Assembly (NCBI GenBank): GCA_964603385.1
Contig: CAZRUS010000001.1
Coordinates: 12,187-76,186, forward strand
Length of the DNA stretch: 64,000 nt
Direction of reading: 5' to 3'
Source of the DNA: an uncultured Anaerolineales bacterium
GTDB lineage: Bacteria; Chloroflexota; Anaerolineae; Anaerolineales; UBA11858
The notes under the pieces are model-generated. The model made no database searches and had not been told where the DNA came from. It saw only the letters and a list, made by a program, of their open reading frames with translations. The position numbers were made by a program, and so were the translations under genes. Of this stretch, positions 9,845 to 18,502 are shown piece after piece (positions within the stretch are counted from its first letter, which is position 1; each line of letters starts with the position of its first letter).

Positions 9845-9916
9845 CGGAACCCTCCGCAGGTGGGGAGTAGTGAATATGTCTGGTTATTATTGTAGCTGAT
9901 CTGATGAGATGAGGAT

Positions 9917-9943
9917 AAAAAAAACCCCTTGACCTGAGGGGGG
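9917..9943 (-). terminator. rho-independent terminator candidate at the end of the pfa-like operon
   Basis: On the minus strand: CCCCT-caggtca-AGGGG followed by T8. It lies about 110 nt downstream of the PPTase stop. The stem is short (5 bp). Confidence 0.45.
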
Positions 9944-9962
9944 CAGGCCAAGGAGCACGGTG

Positions 9963-9991
9963 ATTATCACATATCGGCCGACAGTTGTCAA
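9963..9991 (-). promoter_or_regulatory. promoter-like TTGACA-17-GATAAT (function uncertain)
   Basis: Minus-strand TTGACA (9991-9986) and GATAAT (9968-9963). It lies upstream of the hairpin-T8 at 9917-9943, so the two calls conflict (see findings). Confidence 0.35.
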
Positions 9992-10052
9992 GGGGAAGGG
10001 ATTTGACGGCGTTTCTGGAACAAAAAAGGCTGATTTTAGGGGAATTTGATGT

Positions 10053-10787
10053 CTATCGGATAGAAATATCAGCTTCGAGGGCTGTTATTTCAAATTCTTG
10101 TTGAATTTTTGGCTTTCTCGCAGGGTGAAAATCAATCACCTGGATGCGGTCAACCGGCTGGCTGACTGCCAGGGCCGCCTGATATCCGGCAGCGCTATCC
10201 AGATCAATCAGCTGGAGTCCGGGAAGGGCTGCTGCCATCAACAAGGGATCCCCCCCGGCTTCCTTGAAGATGGTGTTGTGGGCTTTATAGAGGGCTTCTT
10301 TCTGCGCCCAGCTGCGGAAAAATGCTTCCTCCTGTTGCTGTGGATTCAATCTCCGGAAATCTGTTTTTTCCTGGCTGCTGTACCAGCGCCGCTGCATTGC
10401 CTGGTAATCAGCAAGAGGATAATGTTCCTGGATATCGATCCCGACCTGTAGATTCCGGGCAAGAGCACATAGGAAATACTCGCCGGAGTGAGAGAGATTG
10501 AACACAAGGCTTTCCGCTGGAATAAATGGCTTTCCGGTTGGATTCCTTCGAATTTGGATCTCCCCCGGATCTTTGTGGAGCAGACTCCCCAGAATACGGC
10601 GCAGCAGGAACCGGGAGAGCAAAGCTGCCTGACGTGCCCTCTCACTGAGCAGCCGGAGGGCACGATCCTGCTCGGCCTGGCTGAGCAGACTGATCATGGA
10701 GGGGCTCACTGGAAGCCAAGGCTGAAAACTTGTTCGCCAGATGTGGATTTCGTTCTCCCGTGGACCGGGTATTTCAGAGGACGTCAT
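10053..10787 (-). CDS. pfaE: 4'-phosphopantetheinyl transferase, Sfp/PfaE type
   Basis: GKPFI...FNLSHSG... and W.QKEALYKA motifs, 244 aa. Its ATG overlaps the pfaD stop (ATGA). Confidence 0.8.
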   Translation of the reverse strand: MTSSEIPGPRENEIHIWRTSFQPWLPVSPSMISLLSQAEQDRALRLLSERARQAALLSRFLLRRILGSLLHKDPGEIQIRRNPTGKPFIPAESLVFNLSHSGEYFLCALARNLQVGIDIQEHYPLADYQAMQRRWYSSQEKTDFRRLNPQQQEEAFFRSWAQKEALYKAHNTIFKEAGGDPLLMAAALPGLQLIDLDSAAGYQAALAVSQPVDRIQVIDFHPARKPKIQQEFEITALEADISIR

Positions 10788-12400
10788 CAGTTAATCAGCC
10801 GGTTCCAGGCCGTGGGAACACGGATGCCCTGCAGCCGCAGGTCTGTCAGCCGATATAAATAAGCGGCTCCCTGGAGCAGGGCATCGGCAACAGAGACCAC
10901 ACTTCTGTTTTCCGGGTTTTCAAGCCAGGTACCGCGGACCCAGTCGTTGAAAGCGCCCATTGAGGGACCACACCAGATTTGATAATCATAAGCCCGCTGT
11001 GGATCCCCCTGGATTCCCCAGTGAGTGGCTAATCCGAGATACCAACGGAAGATCAAGGCCATCTGGCGCTTGGGATGATCCTCCGCTTTCTGCAGCTGTT
11101 CGGGATCACGTTGGCTGAAAAATTGGACGCATTCCTGCCAGATCTCGTCCAGGCTGCGCTGGAAATATTTTTCCTCCAGCTCTGTTCGTATCCCAGGAGC
11201 CAGCTCTGTGATGCTTTCATGCTGCCGGTAGATCTCGTAAAGCTTCTGCGCCCGCAGGGGAAACATGGACCCTCGTTTGAGAACCTGAACATTGACTCCC
11301 ATTTCGAACATATCGGCAGCGGGCGCCATCATGACATCCGTTGCAGCTGCTTCTGCCAGGAGAGTTTTCACCCGCCGGGAGGTGGCTGCCTCCAGACAGC
11401 TTTGATTCACGGATCCGGTGACGATGTAATCAGCGCCCATTGCAAATGCTGCCAGGGCAGAAGCTGGGGTTCCGATTCCCCCCGCCGCGCCTATCCTGAT
11501 TGACACGGGATAGGTGCGCTTCTCCTGGATCTCATCTCTCAAGGCCATCAGGGACGGCAGCAGGCTGGTCAGCGGCCGGTTATCGGTATGACCGCCAGAG
11601 TCGGCTTCCACAGTGATATCATCAGCTATGGGAAAACTTGCTGCCAGTTCAGCTTGCTGGGAAGTGATCCTGCCTTGTGCGACCAGAGGACGGAGGATTT
11701 TGTCGGGGGCGGGTTCAAGGAACTGCAGAGCGACTTCCCGGCGGGAGAGTTTTGCAATGATTTTATGGTGGGACCGAATTCTTCCCTGAGAATCCCGCCG
11801 CAGTCCAGAGGCACGGTACTGGACCAGGGTGGGGGTCATTTTCAAAAAGGCAGAGGCTTCGATGGTGTTGATGTCTTCCTGGAGATATAAATCTACAAGG
11901 GCCTGCTCCAGGGCTGCTTGGTGTGGGCTGTGAATGAGATTAAATGCAAAGGGTTTTTCCCCCAGTTCGGATTTGATCCGGGAGATGGCCTTTTGCAGGT
12001 GCGGGGGGGAAACACCTCCTGCACCATAGGATGCCAGATATCCGGCCTTTCCCATCGCGATCACCAATTCCTCACCGGAGATTCCGTTGGCCATCGCTCC
12101 AGCCATATAAGGACTGCTCAGGCCGTGATCCCGCAAAAAGCCTGCATCTCCGAAATCAGCAGGCCTCTGGGGGCGTAAATAAGCCGCCAGCGGCCTGCCC
12201 CCGGCAGATGCTGATGTGGGATAAACTTCACCCTGGTTGACAGCAGAGAGTGTGCCTTCTCCATGGAGGAAATACACCGGGGCTGTGAGATCCTCAAGCA
12301 GCTCCTTGATACCTGGGGGGTCACTGCGGATGGCACTTTCAGGGCCTATCCAGCTGCCCTTCCCTGTTCTGTGAGGGTCTTGGTTCTGAATTGTCCTCAT
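10787..12400 (-). CDS. pfaD: PfaD-family enoyl reductase (trans-acting, NMO/2-nitropropane-dioxygenase fold)
   Basis: 537 aa. AGAMANGI..., AGYLASYGAGG, ...EADSGGHTDNRP..., GAAGGIGTP are typical of PfaD/FabK-like ER proteins of PUFA synthases. Confidence 0.9.
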   Translation of the reverse strand: MRTIQNQDPHRTGKGSWIGPESAIRSDPPGIKELLEDLTAPVYFLHGEGTLSAVNQGEVYPTSASAGGRPLAAYLRPQRPADFGDAGFLRDHGLSSPYMAGAMANGISGEELVIAMGKAGYLASYGAGGVSPPHLQKAISRIKSELGEKPFAFNLIHSPHQAALEQALVDLYLQEDINTIEASAFLKMTPTLVQYRASGLRRDSQGRIRSHHKIIAKLSRREVALQFLEPAPDKILRPLVAQGRITSQQAELAASFPIADDITVEADSGGHTDNRPLTSLLPSLMALRDEIQEKRTYPVSIRIGAAGGIGTPASALAAFAMGADYIVTGSVNQSCLEAATSRRVKTLLAEAAATDVMMAPAADMFEMGVNVQVLKRGSMFPLRAQKLYEIYRQHESITELAPGIRTELEEKYFQRSLDEIWQECVQFFSQRDPEQLQKAEDHPKRQMALIFRWYLGLATHWGIQGDPQRAYDYQIWCGPSMGAFNDWVRGTWLENPENRSVVSVADALLQGAAYLYRLTDLRLQGIRVPTAWNRLIN

Positions 12401-12416
12401 GATGGTGATCCTTTTT

Positions 12417-15400
12417 TCAGCTGTTCTCCCCGATCAAAGCCAGGTTGGAAATCTGGTAAATTCGCAGATCTTCCCGGAGCAAATTCCCATCTCCGGTAAT
12501 CTCCAAACGGCTGCCGGTCTGGTTGACCTCTTTTAGGTGGATCTCAAGTTGAATGCTCTCAACTTCCCGGGTAATCTGTCCCCGGTATTTCCAGCGGATG
12601 ACCTCTTCCGGTTTGAGCCGCCAGTGCACTGGAGATGATTGACCCAGCTGATCAGCTGCAGCCTGAATTGTTTGAGACATCAGCTCCACACCCAGTGAGC
12701 CGGGCATGACCGGATCCTGATGGAAATGGGCTCTGAAAAACCAGGCTTGAGGGTCGATTTTTTCTGCCAGGTAGAGGGATCCAGCCTGATACTCTCCGCC
12801 GGCCGGCGCAAACCAGTAGCGTGTTACCGGAGGCAGGCAGGCCTCTCCTGGTGATAATTCCGGTTTGTCATCAGGAGAAAACCAGCGGCCGGTATCGGGG
12901 TGATTTCGAAAAAAAGTGCTGAATTGACGCCCGCCGTCGATTCCCTTCTGGCGGGATAGCATCCCAGACGGAAAATAGCCAAAGGAGGCTTTCCCGCGGA
13001 AGAACATCCTGCCGCTGGAGGAGAGCTCAAAGTTGTAATGCTGGATGATGGTGCTCTGCAGGGTGCTGGAGGTGGTCAGCTCTACCCGGGTGGAGATCGT
13101 CGAGCCCGGCGGAGGCGGATCAGCGGTTAACTCTGCCTGCCCATCCAGATTCCGGAAGTAATAATCAACCTTTGGGCCGCTGAGGATGGAACCCATGTAT
13201 GCTGAAAGAAAGCCGCAGGGTTGAAGAGCGATCTCCAGCAGGGCAACATAAGGAAGGCTGGAGCGGTTGGGTAGATACCAGGCTTTTTGGGGCAGGTCGT
13301 ATTCAGCCCGCAGGCTTGCTCCCGGCTGCACACGATTGGCTGCGGCATTCAGCTCCACCACTCGGTCAAGAAACTGCATCTTCCCATTGGGGAGCAGGGG
13401 AATCCGCTGCCCGGCAAAGGGGGTGTAGGAGCGCCCAAAACAGGCAGAGGGGTCCCCCAAAGTAAAGGCAGCGATCTGATCGTGGGTGAATAATACTCTC
13501 TTCGAGGGGGACCGGGAGCTATTCTGCAGGGAGGGGGAGGAAACCAGCTCAAGTGCTCGGGACAGGTTCCCGGTCAGGGTTTTCATGCTGGAAAAATAAC
13601 TGCGCTGAGCATTTGCCAATCTGGAGGATTGTCTGGCAAGCACTTCGAAGGGATCTGCAGCGATTTGTTCGCTGTGCGGGTCTGCCTTTGTGGAGGGCTG
13701 CTCAGGAAGCGCTCCCGGAGCGGCCTCCTTGGTTGTGGGCCGCTTCCGGGTCAGTCTCTGGCCAAGTCGTTTCCACTGGGAGACGTCTGATTTCCACCCT
13801 GGTAGCTGCTCCGCAATTAATGGGTCCAGCTGAAGGGGGACCCGGTGGCTGATCAACTGAGCGAGCACGTTCAGGATGCCATCCAGATCCGGTTGATATT
13901 TTTTATTAATGGCACAGACTGCGTGGGGACGATCCTTGAGGATGGCCTCTATCCAGCGAGTGCAGGTTTTTTGGGGGCCAACTTCAATGAACAAGCGGGT
14001 TCCATCCCGGTAAACCTGTTCTACCAAGCGGGGAAAATCAACCCGTCGGCAGATCATGCCTGCCAGTGAGCGGCCGATTTCTTTGGAGTCCGGGGAAAGA
14101 GGTTGATATTCTGCTGCTGAATAAAAATTAATTGCTTCCCCAGGGAAGACGGATTCTGTCAGGAGTTCAACAAACGCAGGGTATTCCCCGGCCATTGCAG
14201 GGTTGTGAATGGATGCCTGAAAGGGCATGGGCAGAGAGCGGCATCCCAGCGCTTTGATCACCCGCTGGCAGGCATTTTGTTCACCGGCAATGACCACCTC
14301 ATCCGGTGTGTTGATGATGGTCAGGAATGCCTTGGGCTCTTTTTCCAGGACGTCAAGGCATTCTTGGGGAGAAGCTTTGAGTATGTAGGAATCCCAGAAG
14401 CCAGCCTCAAATTCTTCAGGGGCCCAATAGTCTCTGACTGCGGTCATCGAACCGAACAGGCGCTCTTTAAAGAGGGCGGATCGCCGCCATTTGAGACTGC
14501 TCTGTTCTCCGTTTCGCCAGATTCCATTGGCCCAGAGCATGCTGATTTCACCCAGGCTGTACCCGAAGGCTGCCCGGGGTTGAAGGGAAAAAACTTCTTT
14601 CAGGATTAAAGTGTGGAGTACAGCCAGACTGGTCCCGGATTCAATTAGATCAATTGGCTGCTTGAAAAAGTGTTCTTGTCGTTCCTCCAGGTCCTTTTTT
14701 GAGAGAGGAGCTAAACTGCGGGGGTAGATCAGGGTCTCCGCCAGCGATTGGCGGATATTTCCGGTCGTTTTTTTAACCATTTCGTGCAGCCCAGGAAAGA
14801 TCTGGAATAACTCTCTGCCCATGCCTGGGTAGCTGTTAAAAGCCCCCGGATAAATCAATGCTGTTCCCTGATCTCCCAGCGGCTGGGGGACAAAACAACT
14901 GCCCGCAGGCGTGGTCAGCTGTTTTCCGGACTTGATGCATCGCTCCAAACCCTTCTGGAGAAGCCTAATTTCTTTCCTGCTCTTTTCCCGGTTCTCTGCC
15001 AGGATGCAGCCCCTCAGCCGGGGGTGTTCTTTTTCAGCCAGGAGCAAGCGCCGGGCAGCCAAGACTTTCAGCGGCTTTCCCTCTTCAATCCCACGTTGCA
15101 ATGCCTGGAGGGATACCTGAATTTCACGCAGCGATTGACCGGAAAACGGCAGAAGTGTCTTGCTTTCCGGAACCATCCCGGTCCGTATCCTGGGAAGGGA
15201 CTTGCGGTGGATGGCTTCCTCCAGCAGGATATCCTGCAGTCCTGCACCAGTAGAGAACAGCACCAGCGACCGGCGGGGAGTTTTTCCATGATCCAGCCAG
15301 GGTCGGGGAGATTCTGGAGCGTAAAAAGGACCGGCAGCAGGAACCCCCTCCAGCCGGGCGCGGAGCGTTTTCGGGAATCCGGGAATGGTCCGTCGGTGCA

Positions 15401-16064
15401 GGGTCAGCACAGCCTGGATAAAACCAGCCATACCGCTGTCAACCTCGATCGAGGTGGATACCCCTCCCAGGGCACAAATTCGATGGGAGGGATCAACCGG
15501 CCAGAGATCGGCCAGCTTTTCCCAGAGGTTTTTGTTGAGGTCTGCGGGATCAGCTGGCATCTGGAGATATTCGGGCGGATATTCTCCCCACTTTGTTGAG
15601 ATGCTTTCCAGGCTGCCATCAGTTTGCGGGTGGATTCCGTCCAGGACCAGACGGGCATAACTCTGCTGGGGGCTGCCAGGCGAGGAGATCACAAAGGCGC
15701 CGACGCCGATTGAATCTGATGCCAGGATCAGCACCTGATGGTGGGGATTTTTGTGCAGAAATACAGCTGCGGTGCTCAGAGCCCCAGGAATGGAAACATC
15801 CCCCGCCTGTTGTTCGAGGATGATGATGTCCTGGTTTTCTGAAAGAAAACGATCGTTCGAATCCCTGGGTTGGATCAGCAGAATCAAAGCGCAGCGATCC
15901 CGGCTGCTGATCCCCGCATCCTCCAGAGCGCTCTCAGCAACCCTGGAAAGCTCCGGAGGTGAGGAAGAGAGCAGGGATTTACCCTGGAAAAGGGCGGTTT
16001 CCAAGGAAGTTAAGGAAGGATGGCTGCCGTACGCTGCAGCCAATCCAGTGATGATCCCATTCAT
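12417..16064 (-). CDS. multidomain PKS/FAS protein: degenerate KS-like (no active-site Cys) + acyltransferase + FabA-type dehydratase region
   Basis: The N-terminus aligns by eye with the KS C-terminal half (RPWL...PRRSLVLFSTGAG) but has no DxACSS. The AT has GYSLGEISMLWANG. The C-terminus has FFRAHFHQDPVMPGSLG (FabA/PfaC DH active site), preceded by a pseudo-DH hot-dog. Confidence 0.85.
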   Translation of the reverse strand: MNGIITGLAAAYGSHPSLTSLETALFQGKSLLSSSPPELSRVAESALEDAGISSRDRCALILLIQPRDSNDRFLSENQDIIILEQQAGDVSIPGALSTAAVFLHKNPHHQVLILASDSIGVGAFVISSPGSPQQSYARLVLDGIHPQTDGSLESISTKWGEYPPEYLQMPADPADLNKNLWEKLADLWPVDPSHRICALGGVSTSIEVDSGMAGFIQAVLTLHRRTIPGFPKTLRARLEGVPAAGPFYAPESPRPWLDHGKTPRRSLVLFSTGAGLQDILLEEAIHRKSLPRIRTGMVPESKTLLPFSGQSLREIQVSLQALQRGIEEGKPLKVLAARRLLLAEKEHPRLRGCILAENREKSRKEIRLLQKGLERCIKSGKQLTTPAGSCFVPQPLGDQGTALIYPGAFNSYPGMGRELFQIFPGLHEMVKKTTGNIRQSLAETLIYPRSLAPLSKKDLEERQEHFFKQPIDLIESGTSLAVLHTLILKEVFSLQPRAAFGYSLGEISMLWANGIWRNGEQSSLKWRRSALFKERLFGSMTAVRDYWAPEEFEAGFWDSYILKASPQECLDVLEKEPKAFLTIINTPDEVVIAGEQNACQRVIKALGCRSLPMPFQASIHNPAMAGEYPAFVELLTESVFPGEAINFYSAAEYQPLSPDSKEIGRSLAGMICRRVDFPRLVEQVYRDGTRLFIEVGPQKTCTRWIEAILKDRPHAVCAINKKYQPDLDGILNVLAQLISHRVPLQLDPLIAEQLPGWKSDVSQWKRLGQRLTRKRPTTKEAAPGALPEQPSTKADPHSEQIAADPFEVLARQSSRLANAQRSYFSSMKTLTGNLSRALELVSSPSLQNSSRSPSKRVLFTHDQIAAFTLGDPSACFGRSYTPFAGQRIPLLPNGKMQFLDRVVELNAAANRVQPGASLRAEYDLPQKAWYLPNRSSLPYVALLEIALQPCGFLSAYMGSILSGPKVDYYFRNLDGQAELTADPPPPGSTISTRVELTTSSTLQSTIIQHYNFELSSSGRMFFRGKASFGYFPSGMLSRQKGIDGGRQFSTFFRNHPDTGRWFSPDDKPELSPGEACLPPVTRYWFAPAGGEYQAGSLYLAEKIDPQAWFFRAHFHQDPVMPGSLGVELMSQTIQAAADQLGQSSPVHWRLKPEEVIRWKYRGQITREVESIQLEIHLKEVNQTGSRLEITGDGNLLREDLRIYQISNLALIGENS

Positions 16065-17806
16065 ACTGCTGCAGACTCCAGTTGGTTTTGACGGAAAAGG
16101 GGCTGCAAACGTTGGCTGAGGGTGATTTCAGCGCCAGCAACCCGGCTGAAAATCCGACCCTGCCTGTCATGGCTGGTGACATCCGCGACCAGGGTATGGC
16201 TGCTGGAAGACCGAACAGTCATGGTGACATAACTGGTTTGTCCAAATTCCAATGGTCGATACTGGGTACCGCCGGCAATCTTCAAGGGCAGACCGACGCT
16301 GCCCTGATACAGGTGAGCCCAGATTAGAAGACTCTGCAGATGGACATCTGCCCAGAAAGGATTGAATGAACGAACAGGAAATTGACCCATCTGCTTTCTT
16401 GTCAACCTGGGAAGATGACAGCGAGTGGTCAGCCCGGCGGGAGAGTGGTTGAGTACTTCTTCCACCCCCTGGAAGCTGGCCCCGTGGAAAAGCGTCTGAT
16501 CTCCGTACAGGCGATCGCCCGGGATGGCTTCACGCTGCTGAAAATCAGCCGCAACAGGCGCTGGAGCCTCTAGTGATGAGCGGCGAAGGGTGATTTCAGC
16601 CTGATAATGCTGCTGTTGTTTTCCGTCCTTGGTTTGACTGCTGATCCGGGCTTCGAGAACCAGTGCCTGTTTTCCCCGTTTGGGGAGGTTTATGTCAAGT
16701 TGATATTCTGCAGATAGATCGTCATTAAAAACAATACCTTTGAAGACGCGGTAATCACTCACTGCAGAAAATTTGTATCCAGGAAAGAGATCTTCACAGC
16801 TGTTAATCATCCAGGCGACGGCACAGACAGTTGGGAGGACTGCCTGCCCACCAATGACATGATCCACCAGGAAAGGATTCTCAACCAGGGAAAGCTGCCG
16901 GTAGATCCGGAAGCTGTCCGGTGGATTTTCCAGCCCATGATCTGAAACAGGCAGCGGACTCCCCACCACCCACTGCGGTTGGTGAGGAACATTTCCAGAC
17001 AGCAGGTGGATCAGGGTTTCAGGTCCTTCTTGCTTGGAGATCAGGCCAACATTTTTTCTTTTCAGGATTCGCCTCAGCTGAGGGCTGACCATCCCGCCGT
17101 CCCAGGGGCCCCAGTTGATAGAGAGCACCTGGATGTCTGGCTGAGTGCGCTGAAGGTAATGGGCAAATTTATTGAGCACTTCATTGCTCAGGCTGTAATC
17201 CGCCTGGCCGGGGTTGCCATAGTAGGCCGCTACTGAGGAAAACAGCACCAGGTGCTGTAGATTAATCCGGGGAATGATTTCCAGCAGGTTCATTAATCCA
17301 TCTACTTTAACCCCGTAAACCAGTTCAAAATCCTTTTCCTGTTTATCCTGGAGATGTTTATCGGCCAATGCTCCGGCGCCGTGGATTATGCCTGTGATTT
17401 GATCAGCGATCGGGGAGAGCACTTCGCGCAGGTTGTCCAGATTCCGGATGTCTGCCTGAAGATAGATTGCCTGACCGCCTGCGAGCTGGATCTTTTCCAG
17501 CGTCCGCTGGATTTCCCGGCTGGATAACACCGCTCCGACCAGATGATCCAGTTCTTTCGGGGTAAGTTTGCCATGCTGAGAGTGATTAGCCTTGAGCGCA
17601 TTCTGCTTGAGCTCAGTCTCTTCCCATACACCTTCAGCCCAGGAGGGTTCCTCATCTAGAAGGGCTGAGCGGCCGAAGAGAGTCAGCCGGCAATGGAAGA
17701 CTGATGCCAGGGCGACTGCACAATCAGCAGTGATGCCTTTCCCTCCTCCACTGATCAGAAAATTGCTCTCGGAATCTGGCGTGGGGTTCGTAGAAGCCTT
17801 TGACAT
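16061..17806 (-). CDS. ketoreductase + PKS-type dehydratase (PfaA C-terminal equivalent)
   Basis: ISGGGKGITADCA Rossmann motif, YGNPGQADYSLSNE KR catalytic region, then LVDHVIGGQAVLP (HxxxGxxxxP PS-DH motif). It overlaps the next ORF by 4 nt (ATGA). Confidence 0.85.
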   Translation of the reverse strand: MSKASTNPTPDSESNFLISGGGKGITADCAVALASVFHCRLTLFGRSALLDEEPSWAEGVWEETELKQNALKANHSQHGKLTPKELDHLVGAVLSSREIQRTLEKIQLAGGQAIYLQADIRNLDNLREVLSPIADQITGIIHGAGALADKHLQDKQEKDFELVYGVKVDGLMNLLEIIPRINLQHLVLFSSVAAYYGNPGQADYSLSNEVLNKFAHYLQRTQPDIQVLSINWGPWDGGMVSPQLRRILKRKNVGLISKQEGPETLIHLLSGNVPHQPQWVVGSPLPVSDHGLENPPDSFRIYRQLSLVENPFLVDHVIGGQAVLPTVCAVAWMINSCEDLFPGYKFSAVSDYRVFKGIVFNDDLSAEYQLDINLPKRGKQALVLEARISSQTKDGKQQQHYQAEITLRRSSLEAPAPVAADFQQREAIPGDRLYGDQTLFHGASFQGVEEVLNHSPAGLTTRCHLPRLTRKQMGQFPVRSFNPFWADVHLQSLLIWAHLYQGSVGLPLKIAGGTQYRPLEFGQTSYVTMTVRSSSSHTLVADVTSHDRQGRIFSRVAGAEITLSQRLQPLFRQNQLESAAV

Positions 17807-17809
17807 GTT

Positions 17810-18502
17810 TTATCCCTTACCCAGAGTCAGGGTCACTCGGGACTGCCTGCTGAGTCCAACTTCCAGAAGATCATGGCGGGGATCATGCAGCTCCCGGATG
17901 ACAAAGGCCGCTTTCTCTTCCGCCTTCATGGAGGGGTCGAGATCAATGTATCTGCAAAAAACGTCCGGTACTTCCCGATAAAATGTTTTTACCAGACCGC
18001 TCAAACCGCCGCCTTCCTGGAAAGAACCTGCTGCTGAGGTACCCAGCCTTCCATCTAACTGGGTGATTGTCAGAAAAAATTTTCTACCTGGAGGCTGATT
18101 TTCCGTTTCTTTGAAATGCTGTGCCAGAAATTTTGCCAGGAAAAAGGTCATTTTTACTATGCCGCGGTCTCTCGCCTGGGAAAAAGCCAGCGGGTGTAAG
18201 TGAATAATTCCGGCAAAATCTCCCACCCTTTCAGCTTCCCTGGACAGCTGCTGCTGCATATCATCTGGATCCTCACTGTCGATCCTCAACCGGGAGAGGT
18301 CTGTCGGAAGCTCACGGGGATCTTCACTCAGGTACGGTGTTTGCACCAGCTGCAGCGGCCAGCCAACGTTTTGCAAAGCCTCAGCAAACTGAAGCGTGAA
18401 TTTGCTGCCGTCGTCGGTTACCAGCAGAGGATGAACAGGGTTGATCTCCAGCTCCAGACGATCAGGCCGGGGAAGATCCCTCAACTGTACCGGATTTGCC
18501 AT
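17810..18502 (-). CDS. probable KR structural (pseudo-KR) subdomain / linker protein of the split PfaA module
   Basis: 230 aa with no catalytic motif. By position it corresponds to the region between the ACPs and the KR in PfaA. It is in the same frame as the KR-DH ORF, separated only by TAA-AAC-ATG. Confidence 0.5.
   Translation of the reverse strand: MANPVQLRDLPRPDRLELEINPVHPLLVTDDGSKFTLQFAEALQNVGWPLQLVQTPYLSEDPRELPTDLSRLRIDSEDPDDMQQQLSREAERVGDFAGIIHLHPLAFSQARDRGIVKMTFFLAKFLAQHFKETENQPPGRKFFLTITQLDGRLGTSAAGSFQEGGGLSGLVKTFYREVPDVFCRYIDLDPSMKAEEKAAFVIRELHDPRHDLLEVGLSRQSRVTLTLGKG

Noticed and set aside
17810-17812. TAA stops at 17810-17812 and 31294-31296 considered as recoding (Sec/Pyl) sites
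   Set aside because: Selenocysteine uses UGA and pyrrolysine uses UAG. UAA is not a known recoding codon, and neither position aligns with a catalytic Cys.
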